Below are positions 10,296 through 24,100 of a stretch of DNA of 64,000 nucleotides, in pieces. The notes beneath the pieces were generated by a model, which saw nothing but the letters and a program-made list of their open reading frames with translations, made no database searches and had not been told where the DNA came from. Location of the stretch: the IMG/VR virus record IMGVR_UViG_2974784921_000001, positions 4,060 through 68,059 of that record. One strand, 5' to 3'. Position numbers and translations under genes: made by a program. This stretch comes from a virus (Duplodnaviria; Caudoviricetes). Each line of letters begins with the position of its first letter. Position 1 is the stretch's first letter.

Positions 10296-10886
10296 ATGAC
10301 AATGACTAAAGCAGAACTAGAACAAAAAGTATCAGAGTTGTCTGAAGAAGAAGTACAACAACAAGTACAGGATTACAAAGCCAAGCTTGATGCGGAGAAT
10401 GTCTCATACCATCACAATTCTGGCTTAGTATCTTTGGTTATGAAATGGCAAGAGCATGATGCTAAAGCTAAAGGTGGTTCTAAGAATGAATCACGAGCAG
10501 CTAAGATGCAGCGTAAACGTAAGGAAGCTCTACGCTTAGTACGAGTACGAATCACTAACCATAATCCTGCTAACAAGAATAAGCAGGGTGAAATCTTTGT
10601 AGTAGCTAACAGCCTTATCGGTGAAGTACGTTCATTCGTACCATACAACTGTGAAGCAGCTAATGAGTATCACTTACCTGAGATTATTCTTAAGACCCTT
10701 AAGAACCGTAAGTATCGTTCATTCCAGACAGTAACCAATAAGGCTACAGGTCATAAAACAGTACGTCCTATTGAAGCTAATGAGTTTAGCTTTGAAGAAC
10801 TTGCACCATTAACTCAAGAGCAACTTGATAAGCTTAAGCGTCGTCAAGCTATTGCTAGAGGCACACTACCAGAGGAAGAAATCTAA
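10296..10886 (+). CDS. N4 gp55-like virion protein
   Basis: RLVRVRITNHNPANKNKQGEIFVVAN motif. Start moved to the ATG after the AAGGA SD. Confidence 0.8.
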   Translation: MTMTKAELEQKVSELSEEEVQQQVQDYKAKLDAENVSYHHNSGLVSLVMKWQEHDAKAKGGSKNESRAAKMQRKRKEALRLVRVRITNHNPANKNKQGEIFVVANSLIGEVRSFVPYNCEAANEYHLPEIILKTLKNRKYRSFQTVTNKATGHKTVRPIEANEFSFEELAPLTQEQLDKLKRRQAIARGTLPEEEI

Positions 10887-11395
10887 TGGATATCTCAGAC
10901 TTAACCACAGGAACCATTGATGGTACTGGTGTCTTTGATGTGTTGATGAAAAGTATCAATGCACAGATTGATGCAAAGGTAGCTGATGGTATTATTCCTC
11001 GTGACCAAGCAAGTCAAGTGTATGAGCAACTAACCATGCAGGCTATGAGCCAATCAGTTCAATTCCTTCAGGTTCAGCAGCAAGCTAAACTTAGTGAAGA
11101 ACAGATTAAGTTGGTTACTCAACAAACCATTACTGAGAAAGCTAAAACTCAAGATACTGTTGATGGTGAAGTTGTAGCGGGTACTACAGGTAAACAAAAT
11201 GCAGTACTAGCAGCTCAAGAGAAGGGTTTCCAACAAGATAGTATTAACAAAGCAACAAGCACTATGGTTAATACTTGGTTGGCTCAACGTAGTACGGATG
11301 ATGGAGTTAAGCCTACTCCAGAAAACAAACTACAAGATACTGACATTGGTGCATTCGTTACTAAGATGGGTGAAGTCAATGACGTTACCGTTTAA
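10886..11395 (+). CDS. N4 gp54-like structural protein
   Basis: LTTGTIDGTGVFDVLM N-terminal motif; synteny. Confidence 0.8.
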   Translation: MDISDLTTGTIDGTGVFDVLMKSINAQIDAKVADGIIPRDQASQVYEQLTMQAMSQSVQFLQVQQQAKLSEEQIKLVTQQTITEKAKTQDTVDGEVVAGTTGKQNAVLAAQEKGFQQDSINKATSTMVNTWLAQRSTDDGVKPTPENKLQDTDIGAFVTKMGEVNDVTV

Positions 11396-11417
11396 TGGTT
11401 AAATTATGAAATAAACT

Positions 11418-11440
11418 AGGAGGCTTATGCCTCCTTTTTT
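11418..11440 (+). terminator. Rho-independent terminator
   Basis: AGGAGGC-TTAT-GCCTCCT followed by a T run. Confidence 0.8.
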
Positions 11441-11464
11441 GTCTGTAAATTATGAGGAACACTC

Positions 11465-13510
11465 ATGGGATTTTTTTCAAAAACTGTAGTTAGCACAGCT
11501 TCAGCATCCATGAATCTTGTGGAAGACACTCCAGAGGTAATTAACCAAGCAATAATAAATGCATCACTCGAAGGTTATGATGCAGGTGAGTCCTTACTCG
11601 ATACCTTGGCTAATAGCTTTGATAACAATATGCGTAGGTATCAATCCTATGGTGATACTACATTTACTCTAGGGTTGCCTTTGGGACAATCATCAACAAT
11701 AACTGCGTCGTTAGCTAACGTACAGTCAGCACTTGATAAAGAGTTCCCTTACACTACAACAGCAGTATCAGGTTTCTATGAAGACTTTAATTTAGAGTTT
11801 GTAGCTATCTCTCACTTACGTGTAACCAACGACTACAAGGCAGAAGACAATACGATAAATGTAGGGGGTATAAGGTATGAAATAGCTAAGTATATATGGA
11901 CAGACTCTGAGCCAACTATTGTAAAAGTAATGCGAGAAGGTTTTTCTGGTATTTTAATAGAAATGGCAAGAGTTACTGACCCTTTATTTGCTTTAGAAGG
12001 TTCTGACGAAGATGAGGATTTTATCAACATTACCTATTTCAAAGAATCAGAACTTGAACCCTACTATTGGCCTTACTACATCAAAACCAATAAGTATCCT
12101 GAGCTTGACCCAAGTAATGATATTGGTCCGGTTAATCAATTCTTTCCTATTGTTCCCTTAAGACTTAATAAGCAAAGTTATACTGACCCTGACCTGTCAG
12201 ATACTGAACTATATAAAACCAGTAAATCTCTTTTGTCTAAAGCAGGAATAGTATGGAAACAGCTAGATGAGGGGATTAATGAGAACCCAGATATTGATGA
12301 TGTAAACCATGCCTACATCATGAATGCTATTAGTTTAGAGACTGAAGATAACTATTCTAAAAGATATTTATTTAACTACTTTTTAGACTTAGAAGCACAG
12401 TCAGGAATTACCTCAGATGATTACGAGGAATGGGAAAAAGATAGTAGTGAGACTACTACACCTCCAGTAAATACTTTGTCTATAACTAGTGGTACATGGA
12501 AATCAGCTATCAGTTACTACTACATTAAATCAAAAACTGTTGAAAGCACTATAGGTAAAATAGGTACTGTAGATATTACTATTAATGCCTTCCCAAGGTT
12601 TACTCCACAAGGATTTAATTATTCTACAGAGAGTGTTGAATCAAAAGTATTGATAACTAGACAAATTACAGACACAACATGTGTAGAGTTGTGTGTAGCT
12701 GGCTTAGTGTATAGGAATGAGATTTCTGGTTCAGGTTCTTTTGTTCGTATTGGTTTGGATGATTTAGGAAAAGAGGATGATGAGACTGAGATACTTATCC
12801 CACTTAACCTAGGCATAGTAGATAAGATGACATTTACAGAAAGACATTATGTTTACTATGACAGTTTCAAAGTAGTGTTTAATGCCTTTAAAAAGCAAAA
12901 GCTAAAGTGGTATCAGACTGGATTTTTTAAGTTTGTAACTATTGTCATTGCTATAGCAGTTGCTGTGTATACAGGTTATTACCAAGCAGTTGTTGCAGCA
13001 CTATCAACAGCAGCAGCAGCAGGAGCACTAGCCTTAGCCATAACAGTAGCTTGGTTAGTTATTGAAGCATACATTGTAAAAGTAACGTTTGAGTTTATAG
13101 CCAAAGAACTAGGGGTTGAGGTAGCAATCATATTAGCAGCAGTTCTAGCCGTCTATGGTTTTGGTGGTGGCTTGTTTGACTTACCTATGGCTAATACTGC
13201 TGTGTTTATTGGAACAGTTGGTTTAGACTCATCTATTAGTTATGGCATAGAAAGGATTCAAGCAGAGTATGAAGCTTTCCAATCTTATGCTATTCAAAAA
13301 CAAGAAGAACTAGATGTTGTGAAAGAGTCACTGGAAAAACCAGAAGCAGCATTTGATATAGTAGGTATGTTACCTATGGAATCACCTACTTCCTTCTACA
13401 CTCGTAAACTAACAACTAATGTAGCTCCAGTTACACTTGAAGCAGTAAGTTCATATGTAGACAGAGCTTTAACACTACCAACAATAGGAGTCGATTATGG
13501 CTATGAATAA
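11465..13510 (+). CDS. N4 gp53-like structural protein with hydrophobic C-terminal helices
   Basis: MGFFSKT start, FFPIVPLR, KWYQTGFFK followed by TM-like segments; synteny. Confidence 0.8.
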   Translation: MGFFSKTVVSTASASMNLVEDTPEVINQAIINASLEGYDAGESLLDTLANSFDNNMRRYQSYGDTTFTLGLPLGQSSTITASLANVQSALDKEFPYTTTAVSGFYEDFNLEFVAISHLRVTNDYKAEDNTINVGGIRYEIAKYIWTDSEPTIVKVMREGFSGILIEMARVTDPLFALEGSDEDEDFINITYFKESELEPYYWPYYIKTNKYPELDPSNDIGPVNQFFPIVPLRLNKQSYTDPDLSDTELYKTSKSLLSKAGIVWKQLDEGINENPDIDDVNHAYIMNAISLETEDNYSKRYLFNYFLDLEAQSGITSDDYEEWEKDSSETTTPPVNTLSITSGTWKSAISYYYIKSKTVESTIGKIGTVDITINAFPRFTPQGFNYSTESVESKVLITRQITDTTCVELCVAGLVYRNEISGSGSFVRIGLDDLGKEDDETEILIPLNLGIVDKMTFTERHYVYYDSFKVVFNAFKKQKLKWYQTGFFKFVTIVIAIAVAVYTGYYQAVVAALSTAAAAGALALAITVAWLVIEAYIVKVTFEFIAKELGVEVAIILAAVLAVYGFGGGLFDLPMANTAVFIGTVGLDSSISYGIERIQAEYEAFQSYAIQKQEELDVVKESLEKPEAAFDIVGMLPMESPTSFYTRKLTTNVAPVTLEAVSSYVDRALTLPTIGVDYGYE

Positions 13511-13919
13511 TTTAAACTTTGGAGGCAATGTATTAGATAGCTTGTCCCTAAGTAATCCATCAATCAGTTCAATGGGCACTATGCCTTTACAGAATCTATC
13601 GTTTGGGAATACATCTACTATGGATACTGGATTGAACTTTGATAAAGCATTCTGGTTAGGTGGTGAGAACTCTATGGGTGTACTCCCTGTAGGTGCTCAG
13701 TTATTCCAGACAGGTCTTAATGCTTACACAGGTCTCCAAGGTCTAAACCTAGCAAAAGAACAGCTAGCATTTAGTAAAGATGCATTTAACAAGAACTATG
13801 CTAACCAAGTGAAGCTGACTAACGCTCAATTACGTGACCGTCAAGAAGCTCGTTATGCAGCTAACCCTAATGCGTATGAGAACCCTGACAAGTACATGGA
13901 AGAGAACAAGGTAGGTTAA
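13497..13919 (+). CDS. N4 gp52-like virion protein
   Basis: LAKEQLAFSKDAFNKNYANQ...NAQLRDRQEAR motif; synteny. Confidence 0.75.
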   Translation: MAMNNLNFGGNVLDSLSLSNPSISSMGTMPLQNLSFGNTSTMDTGLNFDKAFWLGGENSMGVLPVGAQLFQTGLNAYTGLQGLNLAKEQLAFSKDAFNKNYANQVKLTNAQLRDRQEARYAANPNAYENPDKYMEENKVG

Positions 13920-13920
13920 T

Positions 13921-15114
13921 ATGGCTATCACATGGCGTAATATCAGTGCACCTGACTTAAGTGCTTCAGCAAGCATCCTAGGACAAGCAGGACAGTCTCT
14001 TAACCAAGCTACTGAAGGTTTGGTAGGGTTATTTGACCAAGCCCGTCAGAATGTCATACAGGAAGCAGAAGCAGAGAAGAAGGCAAATACCTTTCAAGCT
14101 TTAGATGCTATTCGTACAGCAGATGAAGAAACCTATGGTGAAATGTCCCTTGGCTCATTAATTGATGAGTTTGGTTCTATTGACCAAGATGCAGTGTTTA
14201 CTGCTTTGGACACAAAAGATGATGACATTATGCAAGGTAAGAAAGATGCTTTGAATCTTCAAAACTTGGAACTTAGTAACCAAGGTAAAGAGTTACAAAA
14301 TAAGGTTACTAAAAACACATTAGACCAAACCATCAAGGAACAAAATAAAACTGAACGATTGTCAACAATCAATGATGCTGCTAGTAAAGTTGGTTTAGAG
14401 CTTGGTGCCCTTAAAGGTGTAGATGATGTCACTGTTAAAAATATGATTACCAAAGCAGGAGAAGCACAAGGATTAACTGGTTCAGACTTGGTTACCTTTG
14501 TGAATACTGCATCACAAGTCAACAAAGACTTACGTGCACTAACTCCTACTGAGCAACTTCTGTATGACAACCAGTTAGCTAAAAATAATGCTGGACTAGA
14601 GAGTGTAACTGCTCAGGCAGATGCTCAACTTAATCAGATTATTGAACAGAACCCTATTGACCCTGTATTCACTCCTTATCAGGATATTAAGGATATTTCT
14701 AGTGCTATCTCTGGAATTATTGAAAAGTACCCTGAAGGTTTTCTTAATTTTGTAGGTACAGGTAACCAGTTAAGAAGTGAACTTGAAGACAAGTTAGATA
14801 GGTTTGCCAAGGACAACGGTATCAAGAAATCCGATATTCCCCCTACAGTAGTTGCAGCAGCTTTAGATTCAGGAATTGTAAGTAATAAAGAATTCCTTAC
14901 TAATGACAAAGCAGACACTTCTAACTTCAGTTTAGACCTAGAGAAATACTACAGTATCTATCAGAATAACCAACAACGTGCAGCAAACATTGCAAATGCT
15001 ACAAGGTTACGTAATGATGCTGTTTCTAGGGCGCAGGGTATAAAACAAGAAGCTGATTTAGCAGCATACAAATCTGCAAATGTCGCTAGGGATATTCTAA
15101 AACAATTTAATTGA
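13921..15114 (+). CDS. N4 gp51-like internal/ejection protein
   Basis: MAITWRNI start; no Cys; directly upstream of vRNAP. Confidence 0.7.
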   Translation: MAITWRNISAPDLSASASILGQAGQSLNQATEGLVGLFDQARQNVIQEAEAEKKANTFQALDAIRTADEETYGEMSLGSLIDEFGSIDQDAVFTALDTKDDDIMQGKKDALNLQNLELSNQGKELQNKVTKNTLDQTIKEQNKTERLSTINDAASKVGLELGALKGVDDVTVKNMITKAGEAQGLTGSDLVTFVNTASQVNKDLRALTPTEQLLYDNQLAKNNAGLESVTAQADAQLNQIIEQNPIDPVFTPYQDIKDISSAISGIIEKYPEGFLNFVGTGNQLRSELEDKLDRFAKDNGIKKSDIPPTVVAAALDSGIVSNKEFLTNDKADTSNFSLDLEKYYSIYQNNQQRAANIANATRLRNDAVSRAQGIKQEADLAAYKSANVARDILKQFN

Positions 15115-15125
15115 AGGATGACACC

Positions 15126-18100
15126 ATGAACAATTCTCTTTTACCTGATGAGTTAGATTTTACTAGTCAGATGAAACAGACCAATCTGGATTTTACCAGT
15201 AAGCAAAAACAGTTCGAAGCTCAACAGAAAACAGGTGATTTATTTGAGCAAGCTGTGTCAGAAACAGCTAAGCGTAATGCAGATGCTTGGGTCAATGACT
15301 ATGAGCTATCTACTACTGCGGGTACGTTACAAAACTTAGGTGCAGCAGCAATTGAAGGCGGTGCAAGAACTTTAGGTAATGTTGCTTCTTTGCCTATGTC
15401 ACTTCAGGCTACTGAGCTTGCCCTAATACCTGATACAGACAAAGTGGCTTACCAACTGGTTAGTGAGTTTGAAGCAGGTAAAAGAGAAGATGGTCCTGAA
15501 GTACAAGCAGCATACAAAGTACTAGACAGAGATGTACGAGGTATCGAATCAGATAATTTTGACCTCAACTCTGTTGGTGGTACTGCTGGTATGGCTATGC
15601 AGCTAGGTGACCTATCTACCATGAATGCAAGAGAACGTATTGATAATGCATTAGCCAGTATCTCTGAAGGTACAAAGATTAGTGCAGCATTCTCTGATCC
15701 GGTAGAAGGTATTACTAACCCTCTTAACAAGGAAAGAGTTAATGAGGATATTGCATCTACCTACGATAAGGGTGTTAAAGAATTCCATGATGGTGTTGAT
15801 GCATACCGTGAAGGTGATTTCACCACTGCTGCTGTTGAGATGGTTAAAGGTGCCGGTACGCTTCTCTCAGGCTTAGGAGACCTTACACCTGAAGTAGTGG
15901 CTACTTACACTGCTGAAAACGCTACAGAGCTTGCTACAGGAGCAATTAGCCGTACAGCACTAGCACTTACATCTGCTGGTTATGCAGGTGATGTGTTTGT
16001 TGATGGTGTAGAGAAGTTCCAAGAGCGTGAAGGTCGATTACCTAACAGTGCTGAAGCTGCTTCAATGATTGCTCTAAGTGCAGGTGCAGGTGCAGTAGAT
16101 CTAATTGCTGATAAAGGATTGATTGATGCGGTAACTCCTGTAGGCAAAGCTGTAGCCAAAGAAGTACCTAAAGAGGTAGCGAAAGCTACCGTTAAAGAAG
16201 GTGCAACTGAAGCAGCACAAACTTTTGTTGAAGAGAATGCATCATCACTGGACTTTGAAGATATCAAGGGTAAAGAAATTTACACTGCTGGTATCATTGG
16301 TGCAGGTGTAGGTGGTGCTATGGCTAGTACTGGTCAAACAGGAAAACTTATTACTTCTGGTAAAGATGCTTACAATGCAGCTCGTGACACTACTCTAAGT
16401 GAAACTAAAGAAACCAAAGCTACTGTAGATAAAGCAGTAGAAACAGGTGACTTTACTGAAGTTAAAAAGAACCCAACTGTTTATGTTTCTGCTTTGGTTA
16501 AGGATAACCAACAAGAAAATAAACCGGTTAATGAACAGGTAAGTAACATTCGTAAAATGCAAACTGTAATGCAAGAGCAACTACAGAGAGCAACTGAACT
16601 GAATGAACAAGCTGAAAAAGTAAAAGAGTCTAAAGGTGAAGACAGTACTGAGTTTAAAAACTTAGCTGTTGCTGCAAACAAGGTAACTGATTCAGTAACT
16701 AAGATTAGTGAACAGATTGATGCAGAGAAACAACGTGTATTGGCTAAGAGCAATGAGACTAAACCTACATCTGACTTGGTTAAAGAAAGTGCAGAAGGTG
16801 ATGCTCAAGCTACTCAGGAAGCAATGGATACTTTCACTGTGGAACCGGGTAAATACTCAGATGATGAACTAATTGAATTAGGTAGTTCACCAAACCTAAC
16901 TGTTAACCAAAAGACTCAAATTGATAATGAAATTGAGTACCGTCAGCAACTGAAGTCCATGGGAGAAGTAAGTAATGATGTACTTAATGGTTCACAGGGA
17001 TTTATTGGAATTAACCAGTACAAAGGATTCGTCCGTTCTGCTTTGGCTAACGGTAATATTAATGCTGCTACTCAGTCTCTGAATAACCTAGAAGCATTTG
17101 CAGCTAGACATCAAGATAAGGCTCAAATGGCTCAAGCTGCTGTTGCAGGTGGACGTAACTCTCAACCATGGCAAGACTATAAAGCTGTTTATGGTAAAGA
17201 GATGAACTCACCTAAACTGGCTAATGAGATTGCTAAAGAATCTCAGCTACTGAATCTGGCTGTATTACAGGAACGTAAAAATATTGATAGTTATTCTCAA
17301 GAATCATCTACAAAAAATACTCCAACAACAGATGAACAAACTACCAATACAACGGAGCAGGAAGCTCCTACAGCACAGACTACACCAGTGGAGAGTCAAG
17401 CCAATGAAGAAGTGCAGACTGAAACAGAGACTACAAGTGTACAGAATAATCAGCAGGAAGCTCCAGAAGCCACACAAACAGTAGAAGAGGTGCAATCACC
17501 TACTGAAACAGTTGAACGCACTGACACAGCCGTACAGGAAGAATCTGAGGCAGGTAACGTACTGGATAAGTTAACCAATGATGAATCTGCATCGCTGTAT
17601 GAGCAGAACTTGGTTAAGAAATACTTTACCCCTAAGCAAGAAGCCAATGCATTGAACCAAGCAAACAATTTCTATGAGGATATGTATGTTGGTTCTGATT
17701 TGTATGAGAAGACATTTGGTGAAGATAATCCAGAGGTTCAGTTAGCTTCATTCATGGGACTGTATGAAGAAGTAGCACAGACAGTTGATGAGTTATTTAA
17801 GCCAATCAATGATGACCGTTTCCGTAAGAATGACTGGACTCAGTTCCTTGCAGTCGATGGACAAATTACTGACCAAACTAAAGTAGCAATGACAGCAGGT
17901 ATTTATAACTGGATTGTCTCTGATGCTAATTCAACTTTGTTTACTGACCGTGACACAGTAGCTCAACTATTGGATACAGATGTTGTATCAAGTAAAGAGA
18001 TGCAAGAGTTCATGGATATTGGTGTACTTAACCATGAAGTAAATGAACGTATTGGTAAGCATATTGTTCAAGCACTGCAACTGTCGCAGTCACCGGATGC

Positions 18101-21100
18101 TCCACAATATTCTCAGTCTAAGTTGGCTCAATCACTAGGTACATTTGCTTCTGCTGTAATGGTTAAGCAAGGACTACTTAGCATGAAGAAAGTTAAATTA
18201 CCTAACCGTAAGGAAGCTTCTACTTTCTATCGTGCAGCTACTCTTGAAGGCAACACATTAGATACTAAGTTAGAGGACATTATCCAAGTAAACAAAGGGT
18301 ATAACCAGCTAACTAAGAAGATGTTTGATATTGAACGTAACCGTCCAATGCCAACATTTGAAGTACCAACTGAGGTAGTAACTCAAGTCAAGAATACTCC
18401 TCAGAAAGTATCTAAAGAAACTCAGGAAGCATTGAAAGCTCACCAAGAGAAAGCTCATTACCTAAAGCAAGACAACCTAACTGTGTTTGATTTCCTTGGT
18501 TTAGATAACCAACGTGAGATGAATGGTTACATTGCAGATACCAACAATAAGATGAAAGTAAATCGTGATGGTATTGAAGGTAAGAACCAAGCTATTGATC
18601 GTGAACTGGAAGACCTTGCAGCATTCCGTGAATCAATGGATTCACCTGAACAAGCTTTCTACTTTAAACATGAAGTATGGAAGAACTTACGTTTAGGTAT
18701 GGTAGGTGCAGTAAATACTCAGAACTCTAAAATCCATAGACACTTAATTGGTATGGATGGATGGTCACAAGAAGTGAACAAGAATGATGAGCAAATGGTT
18801 AAACACTTCAAGTTAGCAGTAGCTGAAGCACTAGACCTAGATGTAGATAAACAAACTGAGAAGACTTCACTAGATAGACTAGATAAAGCATTGGCTGAGC
18901 CAGTAATGCAAGATGCTATTGCAGCTATCCGTAATGTACTTGATAACAATGTTCAAGATGAGCAAGCAACACGTCAAGCTATTATGGATGGTGTAAAAGC
19001 TACTGAGATGAAGACTCATGGTTTAGATGCACTGGTTAACTATGCTCGATTCACTCAAGCAGGAGATACATTTACTGCTGACTTATTCCGTGAAGTGGAT
19101 GGTGTAACCAATGGTGTTGCTATCGCTACTATTCAATTTGCTGTAGGTACTGACTTTGCAGACCATATGGAACGATTGAACCGTATGGGTATGTTCTTTG
19201 ACTACCAGAGTGAAAGTTTTGGTGATTGGAAAGAGTCAGGTAACAAGCTAGATACTTACCAAAGTATTGCTCCATTATGGCGAGAGTCTATTCAAAACCA
19301 AATGGTTAATGGTTCTGCTGAAGAAAAGAACGCACTAACTACTGTTATTGGTTTGGTAGGTAATGCAGATATCCTGTCAGGTACTGTGGATAACCTGTCA
19401 GTATCAAAAGAAGAACGTGGTGAAACTAAGTACCCACTAATGGTTCTTATCTATGGTTCATCTGAAGATTCAGTTAAGCGAAGTGTAGGTGAAGCATTTG
19501 TAGATAATGCTTACAGCAAGTTAGAAAAAGCAATTAACAAAGGTGATTACCAGACTGTTACACAAGTGATGGAATCATTTAATTCACTACTTGGTTCAGC
19601 TAAATACACTGGTCATCGTTCAGGTAAGAAACCAATTCAAGACTACCTAAACTTTGAGTTAGGTAAATCTGAATACAACAAGATTGTTAGTCTGGTTGGT
19701 GATACTTATGGTCAAACACTTGTAGACTCAATCAACAGTAACTTTTCACAATTCACTGAACTACGCCAGCTAGTGAATGGTTCAGCTAACATGGCTTATG
19801 AAGCTTACGACTACATGTACAATCGTGAAGTAGAGCGACTAATCCAAGAGAAGAAAGATGCTGGTGAATGGGTAGAAGGTATCTCAGACCTATCTAACAG
19901 AGAAGTGGATGAGCTACGTAATAGACTGCTTGCAGCATCTCCTGTAATGGATAATTACTTTTCCATGAAATCAGGTCAGCTAGACCAAGCTACATATACC
20001 TCTAAATCAGCCGTAGAACGTCAGTACAGCCCTACAAATGAAAAAGGTAAGCCAGTACACAAAGATAACCCTTATGCTGTTCAGATGTCGTTTAAAGAAG
20101 CTTACGGAAACGGATTCAAGAATACTGTTTCCTATGGTTCAGCTCGTGTTAACTCTTCACCGGGTGTTGCTCCTACAGTACTGCAAGTACAAGGTATGGA
20201 TGCTACAGCTATGACACTGACATACGCTACAGAAAATATTCTAGGTGTACATGATGCTATAGGTATTGGTCTGACTGATGTAGACAAGTCTAGTGAAGTG
20301 ATTAATAAACACTTTGTCGATAGCAACAAAGAGTTTTCAATCTTGTCTAGTGCAGTACGTACATACCAACGTTCAATGGGTGAATTGGCTAAGTATCTTG
20401 ATGGTTCAGATATCCCAGACAGTGTAGCTAAAGCCGCTTATCAATTACTAAGTAAGTTTATGGACAAGTCTGAGATTGCGCGTAATCCAAAAGACCGTAT
20501 GAACCAGTTAAACAGACTGATGGTTGAACTGACTAAAGACACCAATGAGAAGAAAGCTATGATGTTTGATCATCTAACTTACTCTACTCAATACAATGTT
20601 GAAGGTGGTGGTACTGTACTGAAAGATACTATTGCAGAGAATGCAACTAAAGCAGTAGAGCAATCTAGTGAGCCAGTAGAAGCAGTAGCAACTAATCAGC
20701 CTAAGTCAGTAGACCAGATGAAAAGAGATACTCCACTTGGTTCTTCACAACAATCTGTGGATGATTTTAACTTTGATACTCGTTTACAGGTATCTAAGAA
20801 GAATGCTGAAGAAGTATTTGATGACCTGCTTAATATGGGTAACGTGCAAGAGAATGCAGACCATGCAGCATACCTAAAAGGTATTGTCTCTGAGATGAGT
20901 AACAAAGCACTTAAACCATTTGAGTTACACCTAGCTGAGAGTGATGCTACAGAAACAATTGGTGTTACTACGTTAAGTGACATGTACATTGTTAACCAAG
21001 CTAACCCACAAGCAGGTCAACCACTCTCAAAAGCTCTATCTCATGGTTTAAGAATGAGTACAGCAGAAGTGTACACTCACGAGATTGTGCATAACGTTAC

Positions 21101-24100
21101 TTACTATGGTTTACGTAAACGTCCAGCTTTACGCAGAGAAGCTAAGAGACTTTGGACTCAAGCTGAATCAGTTATTACTCCTAAAGACCTAATGAACGGT
21201 AATCTTCAAGAAGGTGATACGGGTTATGTTGAAGAGTTAGCTGCAGCAACTGAACGCTATAACCATATGTTTGATACATCGAATAAGACTTACTTGGATG
21301 AGTTTGTTGCACTAGGTACAACCAATGAGAATGTGATTAAAGCACTAGGGGGAATTGACACTGAAGTGACTGTTGAACGTGGCGGTTCAATTGGTACTCG
21401 AATCAACCGTCTATTCAATAAAATTCTTGATTTGGTTTACGGTGTACTTACTGGTACTCGCGGTAAGACAGTAGACAAACAATTGTCTCAGCTTATGTAT
21501 GCATTGGCTCAAGCAGATGCACGTAAGAAGAACAAAGTTATTAGAGCCTTGGATGATGCAATGACATTAGCAGGTGAAAAAGTAAATGATGCTGTTATGT
21601 ATGGTAGAAGCAAGGTAGGTCAATTAGCTGAAAGCAATGCAGTAACTAAGTCTAAGTCTGGTCTGGTTAAAGCTACAGGTGCAGCAGTACGTATTGTAGG
21701 TGCAGACAATATTGAGTATCTCGACCAAGTAATGGAAAAATATATTAAGCAACGAGTGGATACTACTCAAGGTATGGCTAGTGTACTTTCCTCACTGTAC
21801 ACAGAAGGTAAAGGACGTACTGAGAAGAATGGTGTATTCCATGACTTGAAACGTATGTCTAACCACAATATTGACCAAGTACGTAAACGTACTATGCAGG
21901 TAACCAAAGAGAACATTAACCAACAGTTCAATAACCTGACTGATGAAAACAAACGAGTAGCTACCTTGGCTCTGCGTACTGAACTAACTAGCCTTGTAGA
22001 CCGTCTAGGATTCAACACAGTGAAAGATTCACTTACAGATGACAAACTACGAGCTGATTTGATTAAGGACACTGAGAATGCTCTACAGGAGCAATTTGGA
22101 CCCAATGGTAAATTCTACTCTAACCATGCACGTAACCTTGGTTACTTTATGGTTCATGAGAAGTCATTGCTTAGCACTGGCGTACTGAAGAATGCACATA
22201 ACATTGCTAACTTGTTTGGTACTTCTAAAGCAGCACCTAAAGATGCAGCTAAAGCTATTCCAATGATTGACCAGTTAGCAGAGTTATATGCTCTAGAGTC
22301 TTTGGGTGTGAATGACCGTAATGATTTGGCTAACCTTCTTACTGAAGAAACCAATGGTATGAAGTATGTGATGGGTATGCACAAAGGATTTATGAGCAAG
22401 TCTACTAAGGAACTGGAAGCAGTACATGTAACCAAAGGCTTTGTAACTGATTTGAACAATCCAGAGATTTCATACCGAGCAGGTACATTGGATGAAGAAG
22501 CAGAGTTAGAAGCACAAGGTTATGTACGTGGGCCTGTTCTGGTTAAAGACTCTACCGATAGTGAAGTAACTACGATGTATGCTTACGTGGCTAAAGATGG
22601 AGGTATGGCTGCTTACAATGCAGGTATCGTTAACTTGATGTCACCTAAAGCAAGAGGTACTTCTCTATATGATGTTCGTAGTAATGCAAATGATAACACT
22701 CCTGCATTTACTGCTAAGAAAGACCTACTGAATGTGAGCCAACAGAAAGAAACTCTGTTTGATAGAACATTTGGTAATGTTGAATTCAAAGCAGGTACTT
22801 ACACTTCTCCAGTATTTAATCCAGATGGTAAAGCTACAGACTGGAATTACTTGATGACAGGTAACACCAAGGATGCTTTCTTAGAGCGTGATACTCGTAT
22901 TGATGAAGTATTGCCTAAGATGATTGCAGACTTAGATGCTAAACCAAAGGTTAAGGAAGAAAACCTTAAGGTAGTTCAAGCATTCTATGACCAGTTCAAA
23001 GAAGACTATCAGGATAATCAATCTAACTATGTGTCTATTGGTGCACGTAGTCAGGATGAAAGATACCGTGAAATGTATAACCTAATGCCTAAGCAGATGA
23101 AGGAAGATATCCGTAAGGTATGGGGAAGTGACAATATGCTTATCCCTAAAGACATGGTTGATTTGGCATTTGGTTACCGTAAGTACTCAATCAGTGACAT
23201 TATTAACAAGGATGCAGAGTCACGTAACTTCTTTGAAAAGCTGATGAATACTCTGGTTCTAAGATGGTTCGGTAAAGATACTGCTAGTCGTCTACGTAGA
23301 GTACGTAACACGGAGAAAGTTATTCAAGAATTGGTTGCTATGGGTAAGGATATTTGGGTTATCAAATCTTTCGTAGTAACACTAGGTAACACTGTATCTA
23401 ACATTATGTTGTTGAATGCTCGTGGTGTCTCTATGAAAGATATCTTCTATGGTTACTCAGTGTCTGTTACTGCTGCTGCTGACTACAAACGTCAGGTACG
23501 TGAAGTAGAGACTCTTGAGAATGAGCTACTGTACAACCAGACATTAACCACTCGTAAGCGTAAGCAATTACAGCGTAAGCTTGATATTGCAAGAGCTGAC
23601 CTAGCAGCTAACCCTGCTAAAGAGTTGATTGATAATGGTGCTCTACAGACAATTGTTGAAGATGTTGATATTGATGATGCGTCTAACATGACTAAGACGA
23701 TAGTTGGAGAGTATGCAGATAAGTACACTAAAGCAGTACCACAAGGTATCAAAGATGCAGCTAAGATTGTGACACTATCACAGGGAACCAAAGGTTATTC
23801 TTTCCTACGTGATGCTGCACAGATGTCTGACTTTGGTGCTCGTTATGCATTATTTGAGAAGCTAAAGAGAGAAGGGAAATCCACTAAGGATGCTGTTGGT
23901 GAAGTAATGGATATCTTTATTGATTATGATTTGCCTACTCACCGCTTACTTCAATACGGTAATGACATGGGACTACTACTGTTTACTAAATATCTGATTC
24001 GTGTAATCAAGATTATGTACACAACCATGAGAGATTACCCTGCAAGAGTATTGACTCAGATGGTTCTGCAGAACTGGTTAAACTTCAATGTGACTGATAT

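Noticed and set aside
15449-23791. Many antisense and alternate-frame ORFs inside vRNAP (and similarly in capsid, primase, polymerase and AAA genes)
   Set aside because: Shadow ORFs expected from codon bias; no SD, no motifs, and fully nested in conserved genes.
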